From: Candidatus Omnitrophota bacterium
GTDB taxonomy: Bacteria; Omnitrophota; Gorgyraeia; Zapsychrales; JBDRMG01
Reading direction: 5' to 3'
Assembly: GCA_043812495.1 (NCBI GenBank)
Contig: JBDRMG010000001.1
Coordinates: 1 to 53,449, forward strand
DNA length: 53,449 bases
A program made the translations under genes and the position numbers. Positions 28,774 to 39,557 of the stretch are shown here, one piece after another. Every line of letters begins with the position of its first letter. The first letter of the stretch is position 1. The notes below the pieces were generated by a model. It saw nothing but the letters and a program-made list of their open reading frames with translations. It was not told the DNA's origin and did no database searches.

Positions 28774-30795
28774 TTGAGCGACGCAGACGAAAAAAAATCT
28801 TTTGAATTCTCAGACTTCACGTCTTCGATTCTTTCTTTTGAAGACAATTATCAAGACGATATCAAAGATCATCAATATTTTAGCTTTCCCGCCGAACCTA
28901 TCCTAGATTCAGAGAGAAATCTTTTTTTGCCGGAAAAGAAATCCATTGCTTATTTTTCCATGGAATACGGAATTGCGCCCAGTATCTATAATTCCTTTGT
29001 TCTCAATAAGCCCATGAGCGAAAAAAATCAATTCTTCAAACACGATGTTTTCTCCAATTATTGGTTGAGCGATTATTTGTTCAAGATCGAAATAGATAAG
29101 ATGCTCGATATTCCTATTTACGGCGGCGGCTTAGGGGTGCTGGCCGGGGATTCCATGAAAAGCATGGCTGATCTTGGGCTTTCGGTGGTGGGAATAGGGA
29201 TTTTGTGGAACAAAGGATATTTTAAGCAGAACTTTTGGTACAAGCATGGCCAGGTTCCCCAAGAGCTGACATGGGATCCGTGGACCTATCCCGGTTTGGT
29301 TCCCTTAAAGAACATTGTGACCATCGATACAAAAGAAGGATTGCTGCACTTGCGCTTATGGAAATATTATATCTATAGTTTTGATCGAAAAAAAGTTTGT
29401 CCGCTTATTTTGCTGGATTCAAATCTGGACGAAAATCCTGAGCACTTCCGCAAACTGACAGATCAGTTATACCGCAGCGACTACCCTTGGTGGAAAATCT
29501 TTCAGAGAATGATTCTTGGCATCGGAGGGATGAGGGCCCTGGAGGATCTGGGCTATCATATTCATGCCTATCATCTCAACGAAGGACATGCCGCCTTTGC
29601 GCTTCTTGAACGCTACATGAAGTTATCGCACCCCAACGATTGGGAAAAAGTTCGCAATAAATTTATTTATACCTGCCACACGCCTGTGGCTGCCGGCCAT
29701 GACCGTTTTCACATTCATGATGTTTCAAAAATCATGAAAGACGAATATATTCCTGCCGCCATGATGCTTGGCAAAGAAGACGTTCATTCCGATAATATCA
29801 ACCTGACGTACATGTGTCTTTCCAATTGCCAGAAGATGAATGCCGTTGCCAAACGACACGGCGAAATCATGAGGCTTCAGTTTCCGAAATTTGCTTCTAA
29901 AATTAAGGCCATCACGAACGGCGTTCATACGCATACGTGGGTTTCGGATAGTTTCAGCGCATTATTTGATCAGTATCATCAGGCCTTTGGGGACTGGAGA
30001 AAAGACCCGGATCAATTAAAAAACATTACGCAGCTCTCTCAAGACAAGAATTTTCGTCTTCATTTGTTTGAAGCTCATCAGAAGAATAAATCCAATCTTA
30101 TTGAATTTCTAAAAAATTGGAGGCTCAAACAAGATATCTTTACGCTGGGATGGGCCCGGCGTGTCGCAGGCTATAAACGGCCGTCCCTTATCTTTTATGA
30201 TCTTCAACGGCTCATTCGTATAGCGAATACCATCGGCCCTATTCAAATCGTTATGGCGGGTAAGGCCCACCCGAATGACAATATGGGCGCCGCAAAGATT
30301 GACGAAATCCTCAACTGCATTGTCCAGTTGAATGAACACAAATCTGTGATCAAGGTTTTGATTCTGGAAAATTATGATACCTATTTCGGCAAACTCTTGA
30401 CCAATTCGGTGGATATTTGGCTCAATAATCCCTTGCCGCCTTTTGAGGCCTCAGGAACAAGCGGTATGAAAGCCATTTTAAACGGCGTTCTGCAATTAAC
30501 CACTTTGGACGGATGGGTTGTGGAGGCCGAACAAAGTGATATCGGCTGGATTTTCGGTTACCAATTCAAGGGTCCCGACATCGGCAGCGAAGCGAATTTG
30601 CATCTCGAGGAAGATTCCCAAGCCCTCTATGGAAAGCTCGAAGAAATCATCCGGCTCTACTATCAAACCTATTACAAAGGGCAAGTGAATACCGAGAGTA
30701 TTTGGATTGATAAGATGATTCATTGCGTTGAGCAAAGCGCTTATTTTAGCACGCAACGCATGCTGAATCAATATTACCAGCAGATGTGGCAGTAA
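28774..30795 (+). CDS. glgP: Alpha-glucan (glycogen) phosphorylase, GT35
   Basis: AYFSMEYG, GGLGVLAGD, HLNEGH, HTP..AGHD, ITNGVH, ARR..YKR, EASGTSGMKA (PLP Lys). Confidence 0.92.
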   Translation: MSDADEKKSFEFSDFTSSILSFEDNYQDDIKDHQYFSFPAEPILDSERNLFLPEKKSIAYFSMEYGIAPSIYNSFVLNKPMSEKNQFFKHDVFSNYWLSDYLFKIEIDKMLDIPIYGGGLGVLAGDSMKSMADLGLSVVGIGILWNKGYFKQNFWYKHGQVPQELTWDPWTYPGLVPLKNIVTIDTKEGLLHLRLWKYYIYSFDRKKVCPLILLDSNLDENPEHFRKLTDQLYRSDYPWWKIFQRMILGIGGMRALEDLGYHIHAYHLNEGHAAFALLERYMKLSHPNDWEKVRNKFIYTCHTPVAAGHDRFHIHDVSKIMKDEYIPAAMMLGKEDVHSDNINLTYMCLSNCQKMNAVAKRHGEIMRLQFPKFASKIKAITNGVHTHTWVSDSFSALFDQYHQAFGDWRKDPDQLKNITQLSQDKNFRLHLFEAHQKNKSNLIEFLKNWRLKQDIFTLGWARRVAGYKRPSLIFYDLQRLIRIANTIGPIQIVMAGKAHPNDNMGAAKIDEILNCIVQLNEHKSVIKVLILENYDTYFGKLLTNSVDIWLNNPLPPFEASGTSGMKAILNGVLQLTTLDGWVVEAEQSDIGWIFGYQFKGPDIGSEANLHLEEDSQALYGKLEEIIRLYYQTYYKGQVNTESIWIDKMIHCVEQSAYFSTQRMLNQYYQQMWQ

Positions 30796-30807
30796 TCACT
30801 CCTTTCG

Positions 30808-30910
30808 ATGAGGCCATGGTTTATGGAGTCCGCCATTGATTCAGTGGCGGACGACATAAACCATATGGCCGAGTTGACTCCGAACCAATTATGAAATCAT
30901 TGGTTCGGAG
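30808..30910 (+). repeat. Two-hairpin ATGA/GAATT element, copy 7, with nested CCGCCA palindrome
   Basis: ATGA-GGCCATGGTTTATG-[GTCCGCCATTGATTCAGTGGCGGAC]-CATAAACCATATGGCC-GAGTTGA-CTCCGAACCAAT..ATTGGTTCGGAG. Confidence 0.8.
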
Positions 30911-30973
30911 AATTTTGATAAAGTCATAATATTTATCTTCTCTAAAATTACCCAGGAATCCGAATCCGCTTCT

Positions 30974-31789
30974 ATGAAACAGTATCTTGATTTAGTCCGA
31001 TATATTTTGGAACACGGCGAACAAAAAGAAGATCGCACCGGAACGGGAACCATTTCTGTTTTCGGATACCAAGCGAAGTATGATCTGAGGGAAGGATTTC
31101 CTATTCTCACAACAAAAAAGGTGTTGTTTAGCGCTGTTGCGTGGGAGCTTTTGTGGTTTTTGCGGGGTTCGACAAATATCAACGATCATCTCAAAGAGCA
31201 TACGCCGATATGGAATGCCTGGGCAGACGAGAAGGGGGAACTCGGCCCCATTTATGGATATCAATGGCGAAAGTGGGAAAAGTTTATTTGGGATGAGAGC
31301 GCGAAGCAATACAGAAAAGAATACGTTGATCAGATCAAGAATGCCATTGAATTGATAAGAAGCAAGCCTGATTCCAGAAGAATTATTGTAAGTGCCTGGA
31401 ATGTCTCTGATTTAGACAAAATGGCGCTTCCGCCTTGCCACGCGTTTTTTCAATTTTATGTGATCCATGGGCGATTAGACTGTCAGCTATATCAGAGATC
31501 AGCCGATGTGGCTTTGGGAGTCCCTTTCAATATTGCAAGTTATTCCTTGCTTTTGTCGATGATAGCACAGGAGTGCGGTCTGATCCCGGGCATATTTGTC
31601 CATACTCTTGGAGATGCGCATATTTATTTGAATCATGTGGATGGCCTAAAGCTGCAGCTGCAAAGAACACCGAAAGCCTTACCGAAGTTAAGAATCGCCC
31701 CCAAGAGAATTTTTGATTTAACATTTGAAGACATAGAACTACTCAACTATCAACATGATGCGTTTATAAAATTTCCTATTGCCGTTTAG
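30974..31789 (+). CDS. thyA: Thymidylate synthase
   Basis: DRTGTGT, ELLWFL, GPIYG.QW, SRR, MALPPCH, YQRSAD..LGVPFN. Confidence 0.97.
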   Translation: MKQYLDLVRYILEHGEQKEDRTGTGTISVFGYQAKYDLREGFPILTTKKVLFSAVAWELLWFLRGSTNINDHLKEHTPIWNAWADEKGELGPIYGYQWRKWEKFIWDESAKQYRKEYVDQIKNAIELIRSKPDSRRIIVSAWNVSDLDKMALPPCHAFFQFYVIHGRLDCQLYQRSADVALGVPFNIASYSLLLSMIAQECGLIPGIFVHTLGDAHIYLNHVDGLKLQLQRTPKALPKLRIAPKRIFDLTFEDIELLNYQHDAFIKFPIAV

Positions 31790-31800
31790 ACAATTAAACG

Positions 31801-32340
31801 ATGAGACCATTTGCCATTATAGTAGCCGTTGATGAAGACTTGGGAATTGCTAAGAATGGCTCGCTCCCATGGCACCTTCCTCAAGACATGAAGCATTTCA
31901 AGGATATGACATGTTTGTGCCAATCATCATCCAAAAGAAATGCTGTCATCATGGGGCGAAAAACATGGGAGACATTGCCAAAAAAATTCCAACCACTTCC
32001 CCAACGCTGCAATATTATTCTCACAAGAAATGAGAATTTTGATTGCCCGGAAGGTGTTATCAAATCAAGGAGTTTAAACGAAGCCCTTGAGCTCCTTTCT
32101 CGAGCGCCCTTAGAAAATCAGATCAACTCTGTTTTTGTCATCGGGGGAGGAGAGGTTTACAGGGACGCTATCAAGAGCCCACATTGCCAAAAACTATACG
32201 TTACCCATGTTCTGTCCAAGTTTAATTGCGATAATTTTTTCCCTCCATTCAAAGACCACTTTGATTTCATTTCTGCCTCTGAACATCTTCTCGAAAATTC
32301 TACAGCTTATCGCTTTGCTGAGTACTGTCGAAAAAAATAG
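31801..32340 (+). CDS. folA: Dihydrofolate reductase
   Basis: LPWHLP.DM..F, VIMGRKTWE, PLP.R, VIGGGEVY, D.FFP; adjacent to thyA. Confidence 0.95.
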   Translation: MRPFAIIVAVDEDLGIAKNGSLPWHLPQDMKHFKDMTCLCQSSSKRNAVIMGRKTWETLPKKFQPLPQRCNIILTRNENFDCPEGVIKSRSLNEALELLSRAPLENQINSVFVIGGGEVYRDAIKSPHCQKLYVTHVLSKFNCDNFFPPFKDHFDFISASEHLLENSTAYRFAEYCRKK

Positions 32341-32563
32341 ACATTGTTTTAAAAAACAACATTTCATTTCTTTCGAAAAAAGCGATTTCTCCAATTCTAA
32401 GACTTTTAGCAATAAAAATTGTTGAAACTCCATATCTAAGAACAAGATAGGAAATTTAAGAATAAATCTCTAGTTTTTTCTTATAAATAAGCTATACTAA
32501 TACTGGAAGCAATCAAAATCCCAGCCACTGCTTTTAAAAGGTAGTAATGGGAGATTTCTGTCT

Positions 32564-33751
32564 ATGGTCAGCAAAAAGAGAATACTTGTCGTAGATGATG
32601 AGAGTACCGTAAGACAGACGATGTCTATGATGTTAGAAACACGCGGCTATGAAGTCAATGTCGCGGAAACGGGTCAGGATGCCATTAATAGGGCAAATGA
32701 TAAACCTGACCTTATTTTATTGGATCTGATTTTACCTGACTTCGAAGGTTTTGAGGTCTGCCGGCGTCTGCGTGAAGACAAGTCCACCCGCCATATCCCC
32801 ATTATCATTGTCAGTGTTAAATATCTTTTTGAAGACAAAATTGAAGGCTTGTATTTGGGAGCGGATGACTATATCACAAAGCCTTTTGAATATGAAGAGC
32901 TCTTTGCAAGAATCGATTCCGTTTTGCGCAGAAGTCTCTTTTTTGACGAATCCAATTCTAACCGCGAGGCCGTTGTTTTTGAGCTCAAAAGAATTATCAA
33001 GGAACAATTGATTGTTTCTTTCTTTCAGCCCATATTCTTTTTGAAACCTTTCACATTATTTGGCTATGAGGCGTTGAGTCGGCCTCCGGCCACAAGTATT
33101 TTATCCAATCCGGACCTGTTGTTTAAAGCGGCCTTGCGGTTTGGGCTTTATAGCGATTTGGAACTCTTGTCTTGGCGCAAGGCGATTGAGGCGGCTGTAA
33201 AATTTAAGGGTAGTGAGAAAATATTCTTGAATTGCAATCCTTATCTTGTGGAAAGCCCGAAGTTTTTTAAAATCAAATCCCTCTTTGAAGAAGTCAATAT
33301 GTCACCCCGAGATGTTGTTTTGGAAATCACCGAACGTTCAGCGATTAGCGATTTTAAGGCCTTTTATAAACGGCTCAAATCCTACCGTGATTATGGATTC
33401 GAGATTGCCATCGATGACGTGGGCGGCGGTTATGCGAGTCTCGAGTCCATCGTTGAAACAAAGCCAAAAATTGTGAAGATCGATACGCATCTTATCAGCG
33501 ATCTTGAGAACGACCCCTTGAAGAGAAGTCTCATCAAATTCGTGGTGAGATTTTGCCGAGAGAATCATATTATTGCTGTTGCCGAAGGCATTGAACGTAA
33601 ACAAGATCTGGATATTCTGTTGGATTTGGGCGTAGATGCCGGCCAAGGTTATTTATTGTGCCGACCCGCCCAAAGCATCAATTTAAATGAACAGTACAAG
33701 GATATTCATGTCCGCCTCGGGCTTGATGTTCCCTCCAGCGTATATTCTTAA
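32564..33751 (+). CDS. Response regulator with REC and EAL (c-di-GMP phosphodiesterase) domains
   Basis: VVDDE, LLD, KPF; FQPI, YEALSR, LEITE, IDDVGGGYASL, KID, AEGIE, GQGY. Confidence 0.92.
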   Translation: MVSKKRILVVDDESTVRQTMSMMLETRGYEVNVAETGQDAINRANDKPDLILLDLILPDFEGFEVCRRLREDKSTRHIPIIIVSVKYLFEDKIEGLYLGADDYITKPFEYEELFARIDSVLRRSLFFDESNSNREAVVFELKRIIKEQLIVSFFQPIFFLKPFTLFGYEALSRPPATSILSNPDLLFKAALRFGLYSDLELLSWRKAIEAAVKFKGSEKIFLNCNPYLVESPKFFKIKSLFEEVNMSPRDVVLEITERSAISDFKAFYKRLKSYRDYGFEIAIDDVGGGYASLESIVETKPKIVKIDTHLISDLENDPLKRSLIKFVVRFCRENHIIAVAEGIERKQDLDILLDLGVDAGQGYLLCRPAQSINLNEQYKDIHVRLGLDVPSSVYS

Positions 33752-33852
33752 TTCCAGAATACATTTTGCAAAGTAAACGACAAATCACTATAATAAGGCT
33801 GTTTCTGCTGATTGAACAAGCTGCTTTATCCCATTAGGAAAGGTTCTCAAGA

Positions 33853-34842
33853 ATGTGGTCTTTAATAGCTTTATTTGTGGGTGTTATCATTGCCTCCGGA
33901 ATCTGCTCTATGACAGAAGCGGCTGTTCTAAGTTTGCCTGTTTTTAGGGCCCGCATGCTTCTGGAAGAACGGCGAAGAAATGCCGAGACGCTTCTTCGAA
34001 TAAAAGAGAACATCCATACGACCATTGCCGTTATTGTGGTCTGCAACAATGCGATTAATATTGTGGGTTCCATCTTTGTCGGCCAAGGAATTACGCTGTT
34101 ATACGGAAATCAATGGCTGGGTTTAGCCTCAACGGTTGTGACTTTTACGATTATTGTCATGGCCGAAATTATTCCTAAAACCATCGGTGAACGATATAAA
34201 ATCAGAATATCTTTAGTGACAGCCAAGCCTCTTTGGGTCTTGGTGTGCATGATGCGCCCCTTGGTGAACTTTATACTTCTTTTGACAGGACCCTTCGGGG
34301 GACGATTCAAATCACCCAAGATCACGGAAGAAGAGATCAAGATTATGCTAAAGCTTGGTCGCGACGCAGGCACCGTAGAGATGGATGAAGAGGCCTTATG
34401 CAATCGCGTTTTTAAACTCAATGACACGCGTGCTTTTCAAATGATGAAGCCCATTGATCAGATTTATGCCTTATCCGCGAATAAAACGCTTGCGGAAGCC
34501 AAAGAGGAAATCATTCATTCTCAGTACAGCCGTATTGCCGTTTACGATAAGGATCCAAAGGATTTTGTGGGAACCGTTCAGCACAGAGCCCTGTTACGCG
34601 AAATCGCCAAGGACAACTATGAAGCTTGCGTTAAGGATTATATGGATAAGCCTGTTTTTGTCAGCCATATGACAAAAGCCGACGCTCTGCTTGAAAAATT
34701 CCAGGCTTATCATCAACATCTCTTCATCGTTCAAGACGAAAAAGGAAGCGATATCGGCCTGATCACCATGGAAGATGTTTTGGAAGAATTGTTTGGCGAG
34801 ATTTACGATGAAAAGGATGTTAAAGCTAAAGCCATTTTATAG
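33853..34842 (+). CDS. CNNM/CorB-TlyC family (DUF21 + CBS pair) membrane protein
   Basis: S..EAA, NN..NI, EIIPK, YSRI.V, G.ITMEDVLEELFGEI.DE. Confidence 0.9.
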   Translation: MWSLIALFVGVIIASGICSMTEAAVLSLPVFRARMLLEERRRNAETLLRIKENIHTTIAVIVVCNNAINIVGSIFVGQGITLLYGNQWLGLASTVVTFTIIVMAEIIPKTIGERYKIRISLVTAKPLWVLVCMMRPLVNFILLLTGPFGGRFKSPKITEEEIKIMLKLGRDAGTVEMDEEALCNRVFKLNDTRAFQMMKPIDQIYALSANKTLAEAKEEIIHSQYSRIAVYDKDPKDFVGTVQHRALLREIAKDNYEACVKDYMDKPVFVSHMTKADALLEKFQAYHQHLFIVQDEKGSDIGLITMEDVLEELFGEIYDEKDVKAKAIL

Positions 34843-34939
34843 TCCTGCCTGTAATCCTTGCTTAATATTAATATACGTATAATAAAATATGTTGCTACCA
34901 TCCCAGCCCTATGATAAAATTTCCCTAATATAAATTCTC

Positions 34940-35539
34940 ATGAGAAGTTTATTTAATATAACCCTAGTCGTTGTTTTATGTGTTCTTTCGGGATGTCTTT
35001 TTGGACAGAAAAAGGACACTCTTTCCGTAACGCTTTCTGTGGCAAATGTTTCAAAACCTTCCGTAACAAATGCTGATCAGCGTATTTTCAATCAAGAAAA
35101 ATTAGTTGAAGGCGGTCGCCTCTTGATTATCCCTTTCCAGGCCGGGCCGAATGTTTTGGTTAGTCAGGAACTGGATAGGCTTTCTTTGTTTATCGTTAAA
35201 GGTCTAGCCGATTTTTTAATAAACCAGAATTCATCTCTGGTGCTCATCGATGCGGCGGAGGCTATGAGCGCGGATTTCGTGATCAAAGGGTTGGTCACGC
35301 GTTTTAAAAAACCAAAGCCATGGAAGCATTGGATTCCCGGTCAGAAAAAAAAATATCTGGATATCGAAGCGCGGATGCTTGACCAAAACGACGGAGAACT
35401 TATTTTGCAATTTAAAGAAGAAAACTTATCTACTTCAAAAGAATCGGATTTTGAAACTATGGCCTATGAGCTGGGTCAAGACATCGGTCGATTTATCGTC
35501 GAAGGTCAAGGCAAAGTCCATTCGCAAGGACAACCATGA
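34940..35539 (+). CDS. Putative lipoprotein
   Basis: Lipobox LSG-C. Confidence 0.65.
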   Translation: MRSLFNITLVVVLCVLSGCLFGQKKDTLSVTLSVANVSKPSVTNADQRIFNQEKLVEGGRLLIIPFQAGPNVLVSQELDRLSLFIVKGLADFLINQNSSLVLIDAAEAMSADFVIKGLVTRFKKPKPWKHWIPGQKKKYLDIEARMLDQNDGELILQFKEENLSTSKESDFETMAYELGQDIGRFIVEGQGKVHSQGQP

Positions 35540-36501
35540 TTGTCATTACGGGAGCGGCAGGATTTATCGGAAGTTGTATTCTCTCTGAGCTGAACAGAAT
35601 CGGACGAGAAGACATTATTGCCGTTGACCATCTCGATGATAGCCTTAAAGAAGAGAATTTGAAAAATAAGAAATTCATTGCCTACCAAGACAAAAAAGAT
35701 TTTCTAAGCTTTGTCAGGAATAATCAACTCAATCAAGCCGTAGAGACCATCATCCATATGGGGGCCTGCAGCTCAACGACTCTTCAGGATGAGCGTTATT
35801 TTGAGGAAAATAATGTTGAATATTCCAAGCATCTTGCCCATTGGTGTTTTGAAAACAAAAAGAGGTTTATTTATGCGAGTTCGGCGGCCACCTACGGAGA
35901 CGGAGCGCTCGGTTATGATGATGACGAAAGTATGCTTCCCCAACTGAAGCCCTTGAATCTTTACGGACTGTCCAAGCAAAAGTTCGATTGTTGGATACTG
36001 GAATCAGGATATTTTGACCGATGCGTAGGGTTAAAATTTTTTAATGTTTACGGGCCTAACGAATATCACAAAGAAGATATGCGCAGCGTCATCGCCAAGG
36101 CTTACCAGGTTGTTAAAGAAAAAGGCAAAATGGATTTGTTTAAGTCGTATGAAGACGAATACGCCCACGGGGAACAGAAGAGGGATTTTATCTATGTCAA
36201 AGATGCCGTGAAAGTTGTGATGTTTTTTTACAAAAATCCTTGTATCAATGGTATATTTAATGTGGGAACAGGAAAGGCGCGCACATGGAATGACTTAGCT
36301 CGCGCCCTTTTTAAGGCCCTTAAGAAAAAGCCTGTCATTCATTATATCGATATGCCCGAAGATTTAAGACCCCGCTATCAATATTTTACGCAAGCCAATA
36401 TGAAAAAGCTCCGGCTAGCAGGCTATAGAGAGCCGTTCACCGAGCTCGAACAAGGAGTGAGTGATTACGTACCCTATCTTGAAAAACATGCCTATCTATG
36501 A
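35536..36501 (+). CDS. hldD: ADP-L-glycero-D-manno-heptose 6-epimerase
   Basis: TGAAGFIGS, HMGACSST, YASSAATYG, PLNLYG.SK, FFNVYGPNEYHK, YQYFTQA. Confidence 0.95.
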   Translation: MIVITGAAGFIGSCILSELNRIGREDIIAVDHLDDSLKEENLKNKKFIAYQDKKDFLSFVRNNQLNQAVETIIHMGACSSTTLQDERYFEENNVEYSKHLAHWCFENKKRFIYASSAATYGDGALGYDDDESMLPQLKPLNLYGLSKQKFDCWILESGYFDRCVGLKFFNVYGPNEYHKEDMRSVIAKAYQVVKEKGKMDLFKSYEDEYAHGEQKRDFIYVKDAVKVVMFFYKNPCINGIFNVGTGKARTWNDLARALFKALKKKPVIHYIDMPEDLRPRYQYFTQANMKKLRLAGYREPFTELEQGVSDYVPYLEKHAYL

Positions 36502-36536
36502 GAAATAAAGCCGCCGGGTGTAAGGATCAATAAAGC

Positions 36537-37922
36537 ATGATAACCATCCCGTTAATCATTATCGGAGTGATCATTTTTGTCGTCGGCGCTTCTTTGCTCT
36601 TCAGAAGTTTTCTGGCGTTACCTAATGCCGATGCCGTTGTTCCCCGCGAGGATTTCGAATCGGTTAAGAAAGATTTGACCGATGTGAAAGCCGCTGAAGA
36701 AAAGACAAGAAAAGAGCTTGAAGCAGCACAAGAGGAGCTCAAATCCACCCAAGATAAACTTCGTTTTGCCAAACAAGAGCATGAGTGCGTTCTTGCGCAG
36801 CTAAAGGAAATCCAGGAGAATTCGGGAGAGTTACAAAAGAGCAATGAATCACAGCTTGTGGGAGTCATGGGTCTGACCGATCAGCTGAAAAAAGAAAACG
36901 AAAAATTGTCCCACGACAAAGACACCATGGCCCTTGAGCTGAGAGATATTGAGGTGCGTCTCGGCGACCTACAAAACAACATGTCTGTGAACAAAGAAAA
37001 AATTCAAGAGCAGGCCGGAGGCGCGCTCGAGATTGTCGATGATTTGACCCAAGAGGCAGAATACCTCAGGGCCGAAGCCGAAGCGCGGGAGAAACAAATC
37101 GAGAAATTGAATGAAGAAATCGCGGCCTTGAAGGAAAAAAGCGATCGTCGTGTTCACGAATCGTCCCAGGCCATTGAGAATTATAAGAAACAAAACGAAA
37201 CATTGAAAGAAAGTATCGAGAAGAAAGAAAAAGAAATCAAAGAAATTGAGAATCAGATCAATGCCATGGAGAACGCTCAGAGGGAAGGGCGAGATGAATC
37301 TAGCGCTCTGGTTGACGCCCTGAAAGCCGAATTGAGTGCCTTAAAGCAGGAGAAAGACGAAGAGATTTCGAAGTCCAAAGCGACGATTGAACAGCTTAAA
37401 AATGACGTCAAAACATATGACCACAGGACGACCGATTATCATAGCCGGATCGAAAATCTTGAGGAGCAGATTCAGGTCAATGAGGAGCAATATCAATCCA
37501 AACTCAATGTCTTCTTGAAAGAAATCGAAAAATTCAAAAGTGAGAATAAGTCTTTAAAAGAGAATTATTCTTCTAACACGAATAATTTCAAAGAAGCCAA
37601 TGAACAGCTCTTAGAAAAAGAAAAAATGGTCCAGTATGAATTGGCTAAAACAAGGGCCCAAGTCAATGGCCTCGAGAAGATCTGTGCCGATCTTAAGGGA
37701 AAGACAGAAGAGGCCGAACAGTTAAGCAAAGAACTGAAGGAAGCAAAGGAGCGCCTCATTGCTTTCGAGAAAGAAAATCAAGAGCTAAAGAAAAAAGAAA
37801 ACGGCGCGGCAACCCAAGAGGTTAAAAAGCAAGAACCAAGTGAAGAAAAGAGCGAACCAGATTCTCAAGGTTCCGCTGGCGGAGAGTCAAAAGAACCGAT
37901 TCCATCTCCTTCAGAAGAATAA
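36537..37922 (+). CDS. N-terminally anchored long coiled-coil protein
   Basis: TM helix followed by about 380 aa E/K/Q/L-rich heptads; frame continues past the stop (see findings). Confidence 0.8.
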   Translation: MITIPLIIIGVIIFVVGASLLFRSFLALPNADAVVPREDFESVKKDLTDVKAAEEKTRKELEAAQEELKSTQDKLRFAKQEHECVLAQLKEIQENSGELQKSNESQLVGVMGLTDQLKKENEKLSHDKDTMALELRDIEVRLGDLQNNMSVNKEKIQEQAGGALEIVDDLTQEAEYLRAEAEAREKQIEKLNEEIAALKEKSDRRVHESSQAIENYKKQNETLKESIEKKEKEIKEIENQINAMENAQREGRDESSALVDALKAELSALKQEKDEEISKSKATIEQLKNDVKTYDHRTTDYHSRIENLEEQIQVNEEQYQSKLNVFLKEIEKFKSENKSLKENYSSNTNNFKEANEQLLEKEKMVQYELAKTRAQVNGLEKICADLKGKTEEAEQLSKELKEAKERLIAFEKENQELKKKENGAATQEVKKQEPSEEKSEPDSQGSAGGESKEPIPSPSEE

Positions 37923-38197
37923 AGGGAACCGGCCAAAGAGACAAGCGCGCCAGCTTCCCCAGAAGAACCAAAACCAGTTTCCCAAGAACCAAAAGAGGAC
38001 GAGAAGAAAAAGCCTGATGATACGCTAGCGTCTGATTCGTCCAAGAGCCAAGAGAGCGAAATACCGCCTTCTCCGCAAGAAAAGAAGACCGAAAGTGATG
38101 CAGCTTTGTAAGAAGAACAAAAGAAAGAAGTGAATGAACCGCCTCACGGCGAATTTCCCCCGGGAGAAGCAAAGACTTAAGAATTAGACTGATCCTC

Positions 38198-38716
38198 ATG
38201 AATAAAGCAAAAGAAGAAAATTCCCACTTGCAAAACCATACGGTCAAGGATATCTCGACTAAAGTCAACGAATCAAAACAAAGAAGGGCCTTTCATCCGA
38301 AGGATATCTTAGTCAACGATATTATGTCCGATATTGTCGTGACGATTCCGGAAAATTACCTGGTGAGCCAAGCGGCTCACTTGATGCTCAGAGACCGCGT
38401 CAATGGCCTCCTGGTTGTTGATCAAGCCCATGCCGTTGTTGGGATGCTTACGCTGACTGATTTGTTTACTATCGTTGATCAGGCCGCAAGCGATCAGCAC
38501 TACGATTTTTATAAGAGTCTGTTTCATGAAAAGGAAGCTAAAGTTACGGATGTCATGACAAAAAATGTTTGCTCGGTAACGCCAGAGATGACCTTGGCGG
38601 AGGTAATTCGCTTGACTTTGAGGAAAAATATCCATACGTTCCCGGTTGTTAAAGATGGGAAGCTGGTCGGGGTGATCGGTCGGCATGATGTGCTCAACGC
38701 GATTTTTACGTTCTAG
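38198..38716 (+). CDS. CBS-pair protein
   Basis: V.DIM..GLLVVD..VGMLT..D / V.DVM..FPVV.DGKLVGVI..HD. Confidence 0.85.
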   Translation: MNKAKEENSHLQNHTVKDISTKVNESKQRRAFHPKDILVNDIMSDIVVTIPENYLVSQAAHLMLRDRVNGLLVVDQAHAVVGMLTLTDLFTIVDQAASDQHYDFYKSLFHEKEAKVTDVMTKNVCSVTPEMTLAEVIRLTLRKNIHTFPVVKDGKLVGVIGRHDVLNAIFTF

Positions 38717-38808
38717 ATTCAGACATTTTCTTGAGTGTTCAACTAAGATCGTTGCAAAAAACAATTTTCTTTGTAGAATGTCATCCGCTTATAAAAGCGA
38801 TTTTGAAA

Positions 38809-39204
38809 ATGTCCAAGTTCTTATTTCCATCAAATCTGTCTATCGTCAAGGAAGCCAGCCATAATGTGCTGGAATCGTTGAGCGATCTGCCTCTGGATGC
38901 AGCCAAGCTTTTTGATTTAAAATTGAGTTTTGAAGAGGCCATGATCAACGCGATCAAATACGGTAATCGAGAGCAACATGATCTCAACGTTGAAGTCGAA
39001 ATCCTCAAGCATCCGGATAGCGTCGAGATTATCATCACTGATCAGGGCAAAGGCTTTGATTACCAAAATCGTCCCGACCCTACAGCGGATCATAATTTGG
39101 AAAAAAGAAGCGGCCGCGGTATTTTTCTGATCAATCAATTGATAGATCGTGTGGTTTACGAAAAAAACGGCAGTTGCATCCATCTGATTAAGAACATAGG
39201 ATAA
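38809..39204 (+). CDS. RsbW/SpoIIAB-like anti-sigma Ser/Thr kinase
   Basis: EAMINAIKYGN (N box), DQGKGFD (G1), SGRGIFLI (G2); ATG at 38809. Confidence 0.9.
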   Translation: MSKFLFPSNLSIVKEASHNVLESLSDLPLDAAKLFDLKLSFEEAMINAIKYGNREQHDLNVEVEILKHPDSVEIIITDQGKGFDYQNRPDPTADHNLEKRSGRGIFLINQLIDRVVYEKNGSCIHLIKNIG

Positions 39205-39221
39205 AAAGCAGGAGGCTCCCC

Positions 39222-39554
39222 ATGGAATGCGCAAGGTCCAAGCTACAGGATTTTACGGTGATTGCCATCACCGGAGAAATCGATTTGAATTCTTCTCCAG
39301 AAATGAGAAAAACGTTCGACGATCTGATTAAGGACAATGCAACGAAAATCATTGTTGATTTTCAAAATGTGTCCTATATTGACAGTTCCGGTCTTGCCAC
39401 CCTGATCGAAATGATGCAGCGGCTAAAAAAGCATCAGGGATCGATGCATTTGGTGAGAATGGCGGATAAGATCCGTAATCTTTTTGAAGTGACTAAACTC
39501 GATAAGCTTTTTAAAATCTATCCAACGCAAGAAGATGTTTTGTCAGCTTCGTAA
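39222..39554 (+). CDS. RsbV/SpoIIAA-like STAS anti-anti-sigma factor
   Basis: GEID, VSYIDSSGL with phosphorylatable Ser, FEVT.L. Confidence 0.92.
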   Translation: MECARSKLQDFTVIAITGEIDLNSSPEMRKTFDDLIKDNATKIIVDFQNVSYIDSSGLATLIEMMQRLKKHQGSMHLVRMADKIRNLFEVTKLDKLFKIYPTQEDVLSAS

Positions 39555-39557
39555 ATC

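Noticed and set aside
37920..38111. Stop-codon reassignment (alternative genetic code)
   Set aside because: TAA, TAG and TGA all end conserved genes at the expected positions elsewhere in the window.
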